The notes under the pieces: model-generated | Seen by the model: only the letters and a program-made list of their open reading frames with translations | Databases searched by the model: none | What the model was told of the DNA's origin: nothing | Assembly: GCA_002633005.1 (NCBI GenBank) | Contig: NMRA01000993.1 | Coordinates: 12,014-76,013, forward strand | Reading direction: 5' to 3' | DNA length: 64,000 bases | From: Phoronis australis | Taxonomy: Eukaryota > Animalia > Phoronida | Program-made: the position numbers and the translations under genes | In this document: positions 27,501 through 39,903 of the stretch, piece after piece | Numbering within the stretch: position 1 is the first letter of the stretch | How the letters are laid out: every line of letters starts with the position of its first letter

Positions 27501-28258
27501 TTAACACTGTTGTCTGTGTTATTAAGAAATCAGTGAACTGTCCGCAGGTAGTTTCGTTCTTCACGCTGTAACTCTGTCACTCAAGAACACGTTTTCTGAG
27601 CAACTACTCCAGGATCTCACCAATAACTTGATCATACCTCCATCTACTCCATTTAAATTTAGTTAACTTCCCAACTTTCCTATAATAAGCATGCCATAAT
27701 CAGTTATTATTTCATGTTGGTCTTCCGTTTACTAAACTAGACATTGTTACGTCACCTACATGTACATGTATGCCTACGATCCGTCTCTTTATCCTCCGAC
27801 AACGGCTCGCTACCATGTCTACTCTTCTCATGACAGCATTTCTGGACTAAGAGCAAGCAGTTTGGTGGCTATTGCTTCTCGTATCCCGATGCTAAATGAT
27901 CTAGATTTGACTATGTGTCTTTCCTGAAATAAATAGGTGAATACTTTTCATAGTATCTGACTAGTCGTTCAGGATTGCACGATTGTGCTAATGTAGCAGT
28001 ATACATTTGGCATTGTGTTAAGGACTCGCTTGCGTCTTCATGATTGTAAATATCTTAATGCTATATCAATAATGCTTGAAGTTTATTTCAAGGCAAATAG
28101 ATTGGCGATTTGCAGTTACTAACGTCATTCCGAACTGAAAATCTTAATAAAGGCGGCCTGACTAAACGAGTTAACGTAAGATACAATGTTGAACAAGTGT
28201 GTTTCATTAATGAAATGTCAGCAGGAAACTTTCGAGAGAATCCCTTTCCATTACGTAG

Positions 28259-28432
28259 ATTGCACCAACCACGATCAATATTGTGATCATTGGGCTAGTG
28301 AGGGCTACTGTACGGATGTACAATACAAGGAGTTCATGGAAGATAATTGTGCCAAAGCCTGCAATCTTTGTGGTGGCGGTGCTGGAACAACCACCACAGC
28401 TAGTGCCACCACAACACCGGTTGGGGGTGAAG
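28259..28432 (+). CDS. ShKT domain exon 2 with Thr/Gly linker
   Basis: ttacgtag| ... |gtgggt, 174 nt, phase 1-1: DCTNHDQYCDHWASEGYCTDVQYKEFMEDNCAKACNLCGGGAGTTTTASATTTPVGGE. Confidence 0.88.
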
Positions 28433-28494
28433 GTGGGTGACTTAGAATTGACTTACATGACGATAATGTTTTTCATCATATTAGTGCTTTACTA

Positions 28495-29593
28495 ATACTC
28501 AATGTTATTTAAATTTCTCTGGAAAGGTCGCAATGACAAAATTAAGCGCTCCCGAGCTGTTTGTAATTATAATGAAGGAGGTATCAGAATGATAAACATA
28601 TTTTCATACTGTAAGGCTTTAAAGATGAACATGTTAACAAAATTTGTAAACGGCCAGTCTAAGACTGTCGGTTTGTTTCATTTGATTTTTCCTGATATTG
28701 TGGATATTTTAGGTATCATTATGAACTTTATGGAGTATAATAGTCTAATTTCAGTGATATCTAAGTACCAAGAGAAGTGTGGTATTGATAGAGTTGTTAG
28801 TTTTGATGCGTATTGTCCTGTAATGCCAACAATTTTAATGAAACTGAAAAGTGGCGGAAGAGGGTGTCAACATGTCTGTACACAATTAAATTATTAGTTC
28901 CGAAGTCTCAAAAGCGGAGTCAAAATGGTTCAACGAACTGAACGTAAACACAACTATTTTTTTCATGGGAAGATGTTTATTCCCTTCTAAATAACACAAC
29001 AAGAGACCCAGTTCAGCCTCTTGACGAGAATTTTGACTACTAACTCTTTTTTGAAAATAATTCAAGCTACGGATGACTACTCATGTTCTTTTTGTGGACA
29101 ATCGCAAGAGACTTTGAAACACTTATTTTGGGAATGTGAAACGGTAAATTCATTTTAGACAAGAGTTGATTACGAAATTCTAAACAAAGCCAATCCCCAG
29201 TGTGTCGGCACTCTCTCCTGCAACAACGTTATTTTTGGGTTTTTTGATGAAAAAAAATAAAAACATTGTTTTATTATTGGGTATACAGCTTATTTATATC
29301 AAAAAGTTTGGATAAAAAAGATTACTTCTAAGTAGATTTTTTAACTTCATCAAAGAATATTATATGAGTGAAAAGCATAATGCTCCTACGGATTTGAATT
29401 TAGAATTGATACAAAAAAGATGGTGTAACTTTGAAGCGGTTTTTCTTAGCAGTCCAGAGGATTAGTTATGGGTATGCGTGTGTGTGCGTGTGTATGTGTG
29501 TCTGTATGTCTGTCTGTCTGTGGTGTTATTTAACATTTTGTGATATTGTAATGTTTTTCTCATTGTCAATAAATGTATAAAAAAGAAAAAAAA
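28495..29593 (+). mobile_element. 5'-truncated L1/Tx1 LINE with poly(A) tail
   Basis: FKFLWKGRNDKIKR...EGGIRMINI...ALK, zf-RVT CSFCGQSQETLKHLFWEC, a (TG)-rich 3' UTR, aataaa and an A-rich tail. Confidence 0.85.
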
Positions 29594-30972
29594 TGGAAGA
29601 AATGTTTTCAAACCTTTTTTACGACATTTGAAGGGGTGAAAATATGTTTGAGGTCAAGTTTTCGATGTGAAGTCTTTAGAGATACAAAATTGATTCAGCC
29701 AACTCTTCAAAATCCTGGGAAGTTTTTTTTAGAAAAGAACAAAGTTAAGGTACCCATGGTATTTACGGCCTATTATTGGAAATTTGTCTCAAAAACCAAA
29801 AGAGATAGAATATGGGAACTTGTGCGGGATTTTAGAAGGTCCATAACAGAATGGAAATCTGAATATTTTCATAGGTCATTTTTCGTTTTTCCGATGTAGT
29901 CCGATGGTTGCAAATGAAAATCAAGCAACAATGCCTAATGCGCATTGGCCTTTCTCCGAACAAATCGTGTACTTTTTGTAAAGAAGAACTTGGCTTCCTT
30001 GTACATTTATTTTGACTTTGTCCCGTTGTGAAAGTGCTCTGGAACGAAATGGTGGTGATTGCAAGAGCTTAAAAAATGAAGAGTTTCCCTTAGACATACA
30101 AACAGTTTCACTTGGTAAGCCAGGAAGAACAAGAACAATATTACTTTTAGTGAAAATTCATACTTATTCCAAGAAACTAAGTTTGGAACAACTGTCTGAA
30201 ATGATTTTTAAAAAGGAAATAGGAATATATTACAAAATAGAAAAGTTTAATTACAATAAAAAACAGAGCTTGTGGAAGCAAAAGTGGGCAGGTTTCTTTA
30301 CATGGTAATTATGTTGTGTACATGCATACTGAAAGGAAAGCATGATATGGTGATGCTTCTTTCTGGTTTCTGCAGTATAAAAGAGCAGTAACTTAGAATC
30401 TATTCCTATAGCATTTATAATTGTTAGCACAAATGCGCCTAACCCGTCAGCTCTGGGAGAGAACGTTAACACTGTTGTCTTTGTTATTAAGAAACCAGTG
30501 AACTGTCCGCAGGTAGTTTCGTTCTTCACGCTTTAACTCTATCACTATAACTTCATCATACCTCCATCTACTCCATGTAAATTTAGTTAACTTCACAACT
30601 TTCCTATAATAAGCATGCCATAATCAGGTATTATTTCATGTTGGTCTTCCGCCTACTAAACTAGAGATTGTTACATCACCTATGCGTACGAACCGTCACT
30701 TTATTTTCCGGCAACGGCTAGCTTCCATTTTTTACTTTTCTCATGATAGCGTTTATGGACTAAGAGCACGCAGTTTGGTGGCTATTGCTTCTCGTATCAC
30801 TATGCTAAAAAATCTAGATTTGACAATCCGTCTTTTCTGAAATAAATACATAAAATACTTTTCATAGTATTTGACTAGTCGTTCAGGATTGCACTATCGT
30901 GTTAATGTAGCAGTATACATCTGGCATTGTGTTAAGGACTCGCTTGCGTCTTCATGATTGTAAATATATTTA

Positions 30973-32519
30973 AGTCCTTGTCTCACGCGTTGTTAACCCT
31001 TATTACATGGTTAGAAGATGTTATAAGGATCCAAGAAGTACCTACCCCATAACTAATACACGATCCGTACTCGAAAACAGTTTAAATGAACGCGCCACTC
31101 ACGATTCGCACCCGAAGAAACACCGCCATTTTGAACTTGCCGCGAACCCGGAAGTACAATTCATTTAGGAACCCAGGCCGAGAAAACGCCATCAGTGCGA
31201 CTGGAGCAGTGCCTGTACTGTTACCAGCCAGCAAACGGGGATAAAAAAATCGACAGCGCGCCTTAATTTTGATAAAATCAAACTACGGACAATTTTATGG
31301 AATTTGCTGAAGAAATGTGGCGAATAAATTTTGACAGAAATTATTTTGCCAGACTCGGGACCGCAGCCTATCGGACCCGGTGCGGATCGAGACCAGACAC
31401 TGGCGAACGGTAAATGCATGCGGTTGCAAGCTGTTTTGTCGAAGTAAAATGGTCAAATGATAAATGCTGCATATATTCAAAGGTAGTTTCAGACACTTGC
31501 ATGAAATTACGGGCTGGTTAGTCCTGTGTCACACTGTTGCCCACAAACACAAAAAACACGAAAATTTACAAAAAGTTTCTTTTTTGTAGCAACGTTTGTC
31601 AAAATGTATCAACGTTAAATCTTCACAAATTACAAAGTGGCCGATTGAACATGCCTTTCAGTTCAGCAAAAGTCGACATGGTAGGTGCCGCCAGAAATGA
31701 GACGAAGTCCAACGGGAATTGTGAGCACATTTATCTCTTAATGAGTAACAACTTCGAGGCTGAAATTTGTGTAAATTGTTTTCGCCAACAAATTACGGTG
31801 AAATTTAGTTAGACATATCTTTACTTACTATTCTGCACGATTCAAAAGTGTTCACCAAAGTTTTAAACTCGTAACTTATCCCGCTGTCCTCCAATATGGC
31901 CGACGCGATGCAAACAAAGTGACCCAAATTTCGCCACAGAACTTGCAATAACTTTACACTGCTTGCTCCGATTTTGATACTTTTTCGATTTTTACTGAGT
32001 AGAATGTACTACTTTTCCGATGATAGCAAAGAACTTTTTAAAAACGAGGAAAAAAATAAAACCGAAAAAAATTGGTTCGACCCATATTGGTTCCTAGGTT
32101 CGACCCGCCTACGTAATACCAATGCTATTTTAACATACTAAATACGCGTAACATTCCAAAAAAATCAACGACCACTAACTACAAACTATAAATACACTAC
32201 ATATGCAAACGAATCATGATATATTACTAATGAAACAAAATAATGAAGACTTTTCGAGCTAGCCGTAGCACATTCAGTTACAAGGAAAAATGGCGGCGTT
32301 CAGGACAAGTTCCTGAACTGACGAGCCGGAAATGTGGGTACGGAAATAACCGATGACAAGCGGTAATCATACGCTCAGAGAAAAGGGTCAAATACTGTTA
32401 CAAAATCGCTTTTGGCAAGAAAGGCGAAAAGAATATAAAGAAAGGGTGTCGAAAATAAGAATTTATGTAGTAAGTATTTTCAGATACTGGAACCACATGG
32501 GCAGTTTGCAACAAGGACT
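30973..32519. mobile_element. Non-autonomous Kolobok-type element, second family
   Basis: TIR AGTCCTTGT ... ACAAGGACT with TSD ttta/TTAA. The empty site aaatatcTTAAtgctatatc lies at about 28048-28067. Confidence 0.8.
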
Positions 32520-32722
32520 TTAATGCTATATCAATTATGCTTGATGTTTATTTCAAGGCGAATAGATTGAAGACTTGCAGTTAATAACGTCATTCCGAAC
32601 TGAAAATCTTAAAGAGGAAGGCCTGACTAAACGTGTTCACGTAAGATACAATGTCGAACAAGTGTGTTTCATTAGTGAAATGTCAACAGGAAACTTTTCT
32701 AGAGAACCCCTTTCCATTACGC

Positions 32723-32878
32723 ATCAAAATTGTGATCATTGGGCTAGTGTGGGCTACTGTAGTCATGTGGAATACAAGGAGTTCATGGAGAAGAATTGTG
32801 TCAACGCCTGCATTCTCTGTGGTGGCGGTGGTGGAACAACCACAGTTGGTGCCACCACCACACCGGTTGGGGGTGAAG
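32723..32878 (+). pseudogene. ShKT pseudo-exon (duplicate of exon 2 lacking its acceptor AG and first Cys)
   Basis: Reads ttacgcatcaaaattgtgatcat versus ttacgtagattgcaccaaccacgatcaatattgtgatcat in exon 2. The rest is open (NCDHWASVGYCSHVEYKEFMEKNCVNACILCGGGGG...GGE) and the donor gtgggt is intact. Confidence 0.75.
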
Positions 32879-32944
32879 GTGGGTGACTTAGTATTGATTC
32901 TTCTGTATTTCAAAGTTAGTAGCACAAATATGCTTAATCTGTCT

Positions 32945-33060
32945 GGTGGTGAAGGCTATAACTATACTAATGAATAAAACAAGAGTGTCACGGAGAAGGA
33001 TTGTGCCAAAGCCTTCAATATCACTGGCGGCTGTGGCATTGTAGGGGGTTAAGGGAAGTT
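32945..33060 (+). pseudogene. Highly decayed ShKT exon remnant
   Basis: ggtgaaggctataactatactaatgaataa...gagaaggattgtgccaaagccttcaatatc...gggggttaaggg resembles EGYC...KNCAKACN...GGE, with stops and lost Cys. Confidence 0.55.
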
Positions 33061-34194
33061 ACTTATAATTGTCTCCTCTATCATTTAATATTGATATATC
33101 GCCGGTAATTTGAGTGACAGCTGAACCGACCAATCATAACGCAGAATTCGTTACACCCCTTCGCTTCCAGTCCGCCATTTTAGGCTACAAACAACACGTA
33201 GGGGCGGAGCTTGCGATAGGTCAATTGGAACAGTAGTAGAACTTCGCCTAATCTCTGCCCGCTGCGACAGACGTTTCTCTTCGAAGGTAACCACTATTGC
33301 TTGTGTGCTTGAGAACTCAATGAATTCTACACCGTCATTATCGGTCTTCATGCTGCCTGTCTGTAACCCATGGAACGCGTTTTATTGGCTACTTTATCAG
33401 GATCTCACCAATACATATGCCTTATTGCTGTCCACTGTGCGTACTGATCTTCATGGGCAGCTTACCTAGACATATTTTGTCGTAATCGGCCATTGTTCAA
33501 TTTTGAACTTTATTTACAAAACTAGAGGTAGTTAGTTCACTGATGAGTACGTAACGTCAATTTATGTTCCGACAACGGCTCCAGTAGGTACATGTACATG
33601 TATGCGCTTCTGAGTTCTCAGTGATGGCACTTGTGAACTACACGCCAGCGGATGAGTGGCAATTGCTTCTCAGGGTCTTTTGCTGAACGATACCATCCTT
33701 CTTTTCCGCTATACTTGTTTTTATCTATATCTATATCTATACATGTAGTGCTTTTCATAGTATTTGATTTATCGGTCTTAATTACGCGGTGATATGAGGA
33801 AATAACTGATGATCACCATCTATCAGTGCCGTTTTATACATCACAGTGATTATCAAAAAATCTCAAAAACAATCCTACCATTCGATCAGATATAAAACTA
33901 AACCACCCACAAACACCAATAATACCTAGAATCAGGACAACCGATCACAACATTGGCCTTCTTTCATGGTGTTTAATGTGAAAAGTCGTCAAATAATGCT
34001 GCTCGTTTTCTTGTTGTTTATATTATGATAAAAAATGACGAGGTGTTACGTTTGTTGTGGATGTGAAACTCAATAATTCACCATCCCTAGACTCTTTTCA
34101 CTTTCCCGCTGGATTCTCTAAGTTTTTGGCGTCCGCCCTTCTATCAACCAGACAATTATGCTCCTACTGTAATCTGGACGTCTCATAATGATTT

Positions 34195-35700
34195 TCTGAG
34201 GACTTCGACTACCGGGGCGCCTCCTAGTAGCAGGCTTTGGCGGCCATGGCTACATCTCCTAAGCCCTTTGCAGGATCTTATTAAACTTACCGAATGTTTT
34301 TATATGAAGTTGACAACGGACTACGAATAATTGTAGACGGGTGGTACGATTACTGTGGCCCCTAGAGGCAATTTCATTTTTTTTCGCTTTCCTTTGTTTC
34401 TCTGGTGCTCCTTGACGGATTTTCATGAAATTTGGGAAATAACTTTCTATTAAAAAAGAAAAACTGGAATGTTCAGGTTTTCGGAGGGATTTAACGTAGT
34501 TTGAACGATGCAAGTGTCATTTTTACTGTTTTCAAGTCTGCTTTTGGTGTCCACCACTCTATCAACCATGCCACTCTAAGGATGGTTTTGAAAATTGGTG
34601 TTTATGTTTCTAATGTAAAGAAGACGGGCGGTAATCATTATCAGATGACTTGCACTGATGCGGTTCCTCCTAGTGTCAGTTTTTGCTTCTATTGCTGCAG
34701 TATCTTTATTACGTTTGGCGAGAGTAGTTACATGGAGTTGACAATGGACAACAACGACATTTGGATGGGTCTGACTACCGCTTGCAATTTAATTTTTTGT
34801 TGCTCTCTGTATCTTTGAAACTTCTTAGCAGATTTATATGAAATTTAATAGTTCTTTTAAAAAGTCGAGAGGTTCCTGTTTTGGAATAGATTTGACGTAG
34901 AGCGGCTGTTTACATGAAATTCTGTAAATAGGTTTTATTAAGGAGACGGCGACATCTCATTTTCGGGCGGATTTGACGTTTTTTGCGACTCTCGGTGGTC
35001 AGTTTCACATTTTTGAGTACGTTTTTTTCATCACCTTCTCCATCCCCAAAACCGATTGAAGGATAATTGTTGAAATTTGGAGGTGTGTTCCTGATGAAAA
35101 GACAGAGGCTGAGGTTTATTTTCATTTTAACGTACTCAGCCACCCCTAGTGGCAATTGCTTTATGTCTCTACGTGTGTGCCCAGTTACCTTTTGCAAGAC
35201 CTTTCAGAAATTTAGCAGATACACGTATGTTCATAAGGAGATGGAAACATTTTAGAGCCAGTTTCAGACCATTCCAACTGCAGCTCTGCTCCCTAGTGGC
35301 AATTTTAATCTTACGTTTGCTTCTGTAACTTTAGGATTTCTTGATGTTTTCTCATAAAATTGGGAGAACAAGCGTACATGTATAACATGAAGACGGCACA
35401 ATCTTTCCTTTCTGTGATGGATTGACGTATTCTGCACCAAATAGAGGCCGTTTATATATTTTTATTATGTTTTTGTTGTTTGCTTTTGTATCTGCTAAAC
35501 CACGCAGACGCTTATGATGAAAATTGGCAGATGTGTCGCACCGACAACATCATAACTGACGTAGATATCCATATGGGCCCAACTATCTATTGTGGTGCCC
35601 CCTAGTGACATTTTTTCATATCTACGGCTGTGTCTGCTAAACTCCTTACCAGACGTTTTCGAAATTTTGCGATTGTATTCGTATTAATTTGGCAGCATCT
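34195..35700. mobile_element. Repeat built of diverged internal units (motif cc(c/t)cctagtggcaattt), HINE/MITE-like
   Basis: Motif recurs at about 34220, 34360, 34667, 35143, 35290 and 35598; related in reverse orientation to 42740-43630. Confidence 0.6.
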
Positions 35701-36342
35701 AATGGCCACACTGTTTGCGGCGTAGTCGTCGTCGCATTTTAACGCTGCGTGTGCGTGTTGCTCTTGTTGATCTGGATTCATGGCTGACATAATGTAATGC
35801 TATAACGGAAGTCCCTGATGTTTACAATTTAGTCACTGTCAAAACGAGGTAAAGTGAGGTTTTTATCATTTGAATCCAACCATAAGCCGCGTGCAAAGCA
35901 TATTATAGAACAGAAATTAGAGTCCCACCTCATAGCCATGTGGTTACACCTCGCAGAACTCGAGGAATTAAACCAATACCATTTATTCCGTGCCGTCTGC
36001 TGTTTGCATCATGCACCTTACACGTAGGTCAGCAGTTGCGATTCTACAAGTAAATTTATGTTTACACTGAACTACGCTTCTGGTAACAGATCTCAGACAA
36101 TGTCGCAGTATAGGATTGTATTGTCTCGTCTACGTCTTCATTAATATATTGAAGTTTATTTCAAGGCAAATTGACGCTTTGTAGTTAATAATAAATAACC
36201 TGATCTGACCATTCCAAACTAAAAATCACCATAAAGGATGTCTGGCTAGACCTGTATACGTAAAATATAATGCTCAACAAGTTTGATTTATTGCTCAAAC
36301 GTCAACAGAACATTTTCAAGCGGATCCCTTTCCATTACGCAG

Positions 36343-36459
36343 ATTGCACCAACAACGATGAAAATTGTGGTTATTGGGCTGACGAGGGCCACTGTACCAA
36401 TGTACTATACAAGACGTACATGGAGACGAATTGTGCCAAAGCCTGCAACCTGTGTGAGG
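36343..36459 (+). CDS. ShKT domain exon 3
   Basis: ttacgcag| ... |gtgagt, 117 nt, phase 1-1: DCTNNDENCGYWADEGHCTNVLYKTYMETNCAKACNLCE. Confidence 0.88.
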
Positions 36460-36524
36460 GTGAGTGACTAAGATTTGGTTCCTATATCATTCGAAACTTC
36501 TATCACAAATTCGCCTAATCCATC

Positions 36525-36636
36525 ATATGGTGAAGGTTTATGTACTGATTAAAGATACAAAAGTGTCACGCAGAAAGATTATGCGAAGGCCTGCAATCTC
36601 TGTTGTTGCGGTGGGGGCAATGGGGGTGAAGGTAAG
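36525..36636 (+). pseudogene. Decayed ShKT exon remnant with retained donor
   Basis: GEGLCTD*RYKSVTQKDYAKACNLCCCGGGNGGE followed by gtaagt; in-frame stop and no intact 5' half. Confidence 0.6.
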
Positions 36637-37905
36637 TTACTTAAATTGATTTCTTTGTCATTCAAAGTTAATAGTACAAATTCGGCTAAACGCGTCCTCC
36701 GAGACATATAACCTCTACGAACAAACCACTGCTGCTTGTATGCTTGAGACCTCAATGAACTGTACACATTCAATGTTGGTCTTCATGTTGTCTCTTTGTA
36801 GCCCAAGTATTAAGGTTTTTGGGCTAGTTCTCCAAGATATCACCAATACCAATACCAATGTCAACTGCGTGTATATCTAGTGAACTCTGTAGACAGCTTA
36901 CCTGATCTTGTCGTAATCAGCCATTATTTCATATTTGGATTCCGTTTACAAAACAAGAGATTTTTACGTCACTTATTAGTAGGAACCGTCAATTTCTAAT
37001 AGACAAGCGCTAGCTACTGTTCACATGTATGTAATCCCCGTGAAGACACTACGCGAAAGCAGTTTGGGGGCGGTTGTTTCTCGTAGTCTGTACATTAATC
37101 AAAACATTTAAAATCACCACTTTCATAAGAAAATACACTAAAAAGCAATTCCAACAGTGTATCAGATCTCAAATTAGACCTCCCATAAACACGGCTTGGA
37201 ATTGGGGCAACAAATCACGGTACTCATGTATGTCATCCTCCATAGTGTTCAGTGTTAAAAGCCTTCAGGCCATTTTCTCGTGATTTATGATATAATAACG
37301 TCCAATGCCGAGGCGTTACTTTTGTTGTGGATGCGGCAACCCAATGTTTCACCTCATCTTGACTGTTTCAACTTTCCCGCGGGGCATCAGATTTGTGAGG
37401 ATATTGCACAGGTTTGTGCAACGAACTCTAGTGCTGGTGGATATGACAATCTGGCACTGATAACGATGACACGTCACACTCATGTCCGTACATCATTGGA
37501 CCTTTCAACTGAAGTCGATTTTCTTGTATAATCTCGTTTTTTGGTCTTTTGAATTCATTGCTGAGATATATAGTGATATGATGGAAGACCTGGATGTTGA
37601 ACATATAGTCACTTGCCAAAACAATGTAAAAGGAGGTTTAAGCACCTTTTGCTAACTGTGAACTGAACGTACATTAAAGGGAAACACAGGCATTTGGAAC
37701 TTACATCTGATCTCTTTGTAAAACTCTGACAATTCAGACAGGTTTATCTATTCAGAGCAGCCTGATGCCGGCAGCATGTACATTAAACGTGGATTTGCAA
37801 TTGATTTCCACCAAATATCTTAAATTTTATTCTAAATTACATTTCTGGTACCAGTTGTCCTACAAGCTGTGAATGTTTTATGTTTGAGGATATGCCATTT
37901 TTAAT

Positions 37906-38905
37906 AGAGGATTTCGGTTATACGTTAAACGCGAACGTGTGAAGTCGGCGTTCGTTGTTTACTCCGTCACACTGGTGCAATACATGTATATTTTCGCGTT
38001 CAGTTTTGTCACAATGGCGGAAACAACATGGAGACTACTGAAAGCACGCAACTGCTAAGCAAGCGTGGCTTTTACTCACGATTTGTCGCAAAAGGTTGTT
38101 AGCTGCATGAAACTGTTTCAGGTTTTTAGAAAGTGTAGCTATCCAAGAGATGGTGTACAGGTAACTCACTGCGTTTATTTGGTTGATTGTTTGAAATATG
38201 ACCGTTGTTATGAGGCCCTCTTCGCGTTTTGAATATTTTTCCAGAAAAGACTATGTGATCGGGTGTACTGAGCGACTGAGGAATAGTATAGTCAAATTTT
38301 GTGCAAAAACATCTCGATTTCGGTAATATTCGATGAAAGTAAATGAAAGAAATGCTTTGGTTATAAATATGCACAAAAAGCAGTTATAAATGAGTTTGTG
38401 AATTAAAATCATTATTGACGGCAGAAAATTTTACAACTAAAATAGAATGAAAATTAAAATCTGAAACATGACAACTCTTATTAATGAGATGCCGATTGCA
38501 ATTCTTGTGATATCAAAAGGGTTGTTGATTTCACACCATTCTCCGTAGGACAGCATGGTTTCAGGCATGTAGTAATCACCAGTCAGTTGCTAGTAATGAC
38601 CAGTTATGTAGGTAATCTGATTTCAGAGTAATAAGCATTACTTATTGGACGTAACTGATTCTGAAATCATGAATCAATCCGGAGCTTAAAAAACTTTTAT
38701 TACAGTAACTAGTTGCCTCCTTCGCGTCGTTCTGCCAGGAGTCAATTTTTCGGTTGTTTGTTGCCTTTACGGTGACTCTCTTACAGTTAACATTTCGTAC
38801 ACCGCCTGCCCTCATGATTGCCACCCCAGTGTTGCTTTTGTAGGGCCTATAAGTGTGTTACCTCTCCCAGTTGTGTTTCTGTTCGGCGTGTAGCCGAAGC
38901 TCTCT
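37906..38905. mobile_element. PIF/Harbinger-like non-autonomous element
   Basis: AAT|AGAGGATTTCGGTTATACG ... CGTGTAGCCGAAGCTCTCT|AAT: imperfect TIR with a 3-bp TSD. Confidence 0.65.
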
Positions 38906-39144
38906 AATACTAATGTTGCAGTGTAACACATTGTATTTTCATCTCGTTTACGTTTTCAATGTTATAATTATGCAATGATCTATCAACAATATTTGAAGTT
39001 TAGTTTAACCGATTTGTAGTTAATGTGACTTAACACAATCTCAGCACTCATTATTGAAATCCTCATCATAGGATATCTTGCTTATGCATATACGAACTGG
39101 TATGTAAAATTTCATGTTCTGTACATGTCCTTTCTATTACAAAG

Positions 39145-39269
39145 ATTGCACGAACAACAATACAAACTGTGACTACTGGGCTGGGGAAGGTTACTGTACG
39201 AATGTAGAATTCAAGGAGTACATGGAGACGGATTGTAAAAAAGCCTGCAACCTCTGTGGAGATGCTTAA
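39145..39269 (+). CDS. ShKT domain exon 4 carrying the stop codon
   Basis: ttacaaag|: DCTNNNTNCDYWAGEGYCTNVEFKEYMETDCKKACNLCGDA*. TAA at 39267-39269 is followed by A|gtaagt. Confidence 0.85.
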
Positions 39270-39777
39270 AGTAAGTTACCTAGAACTGATTCCTATATAA
39301 TTCAAAATTGAAAAACAAGCGCACACACACACTGGCTACGCCAACACACTAATTAAGTACTGTGCTGGTGATTTGTCACCACCACGGAGTCGTTGTGCAA
39401 CAGTGCAAACCTGTTCCTTTGCAGCAGATATCTTACAAACTTCTTCCTAATCCACCCTATACTTCGTTTCTGGTACCTGTTTTCAGATAGCTCTTTAATT
39501 GAGAGAAATTATGTGCTGATAACTCATTGTTCATGCCATTGCCAAGTGTATCATTGTGTATCTCTTGATGATTGAAGTAAATTTGAGGATGAATAGTCAC
39601 TTATTAATTAACAGCACTTATCTTCATCTGAGCACTCCCAAAGTGAACTTCACGATGTAGGATTTCCAATCTAGTGCTTACATGTACATGTTTATACGTT
39701 AAATTAAGATTAATGTGCGCATTTTCATTACTGAAATAGCGTAAAACAATGTTCACCTATTCCTTTCCATTACATAG

Positions 39778-39903
39778 ATTGAACAGCAACACAAACTGAC
39801 ACTATTGGGATCCTAAAGGGAAATATAAAAAATGAACGACACACGACTTACACGGTGAAGAAATGTCTAAAGGTCTGCTCTGGCGACGGCGACTTCCGAT
39901 TCA
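39778..39903 (+). pseudogene. Decayed ShKT exon downstream of the stop (possible 3' UTR exon)
   Basis: Same acceptor context as the live exons (cctttccattacatag|attg); recognisable aacacaaactgacactattggg and aagaaatgtctaaaggtctgc with indels and lost Cys. Confidence 0.65.

Larger units (their letters stand above)
29600..32890 (+). repeat. Tandem segmental duplicate of 23260-28445 (LINE tail, intron and ShKT exon)
   Basis: 29600-30972 plus 32520-32890 align collinearly with 23260-23932, 25770-25845 and 27505-28445 once the transposon insertions are removed. Confidence 0.9.
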
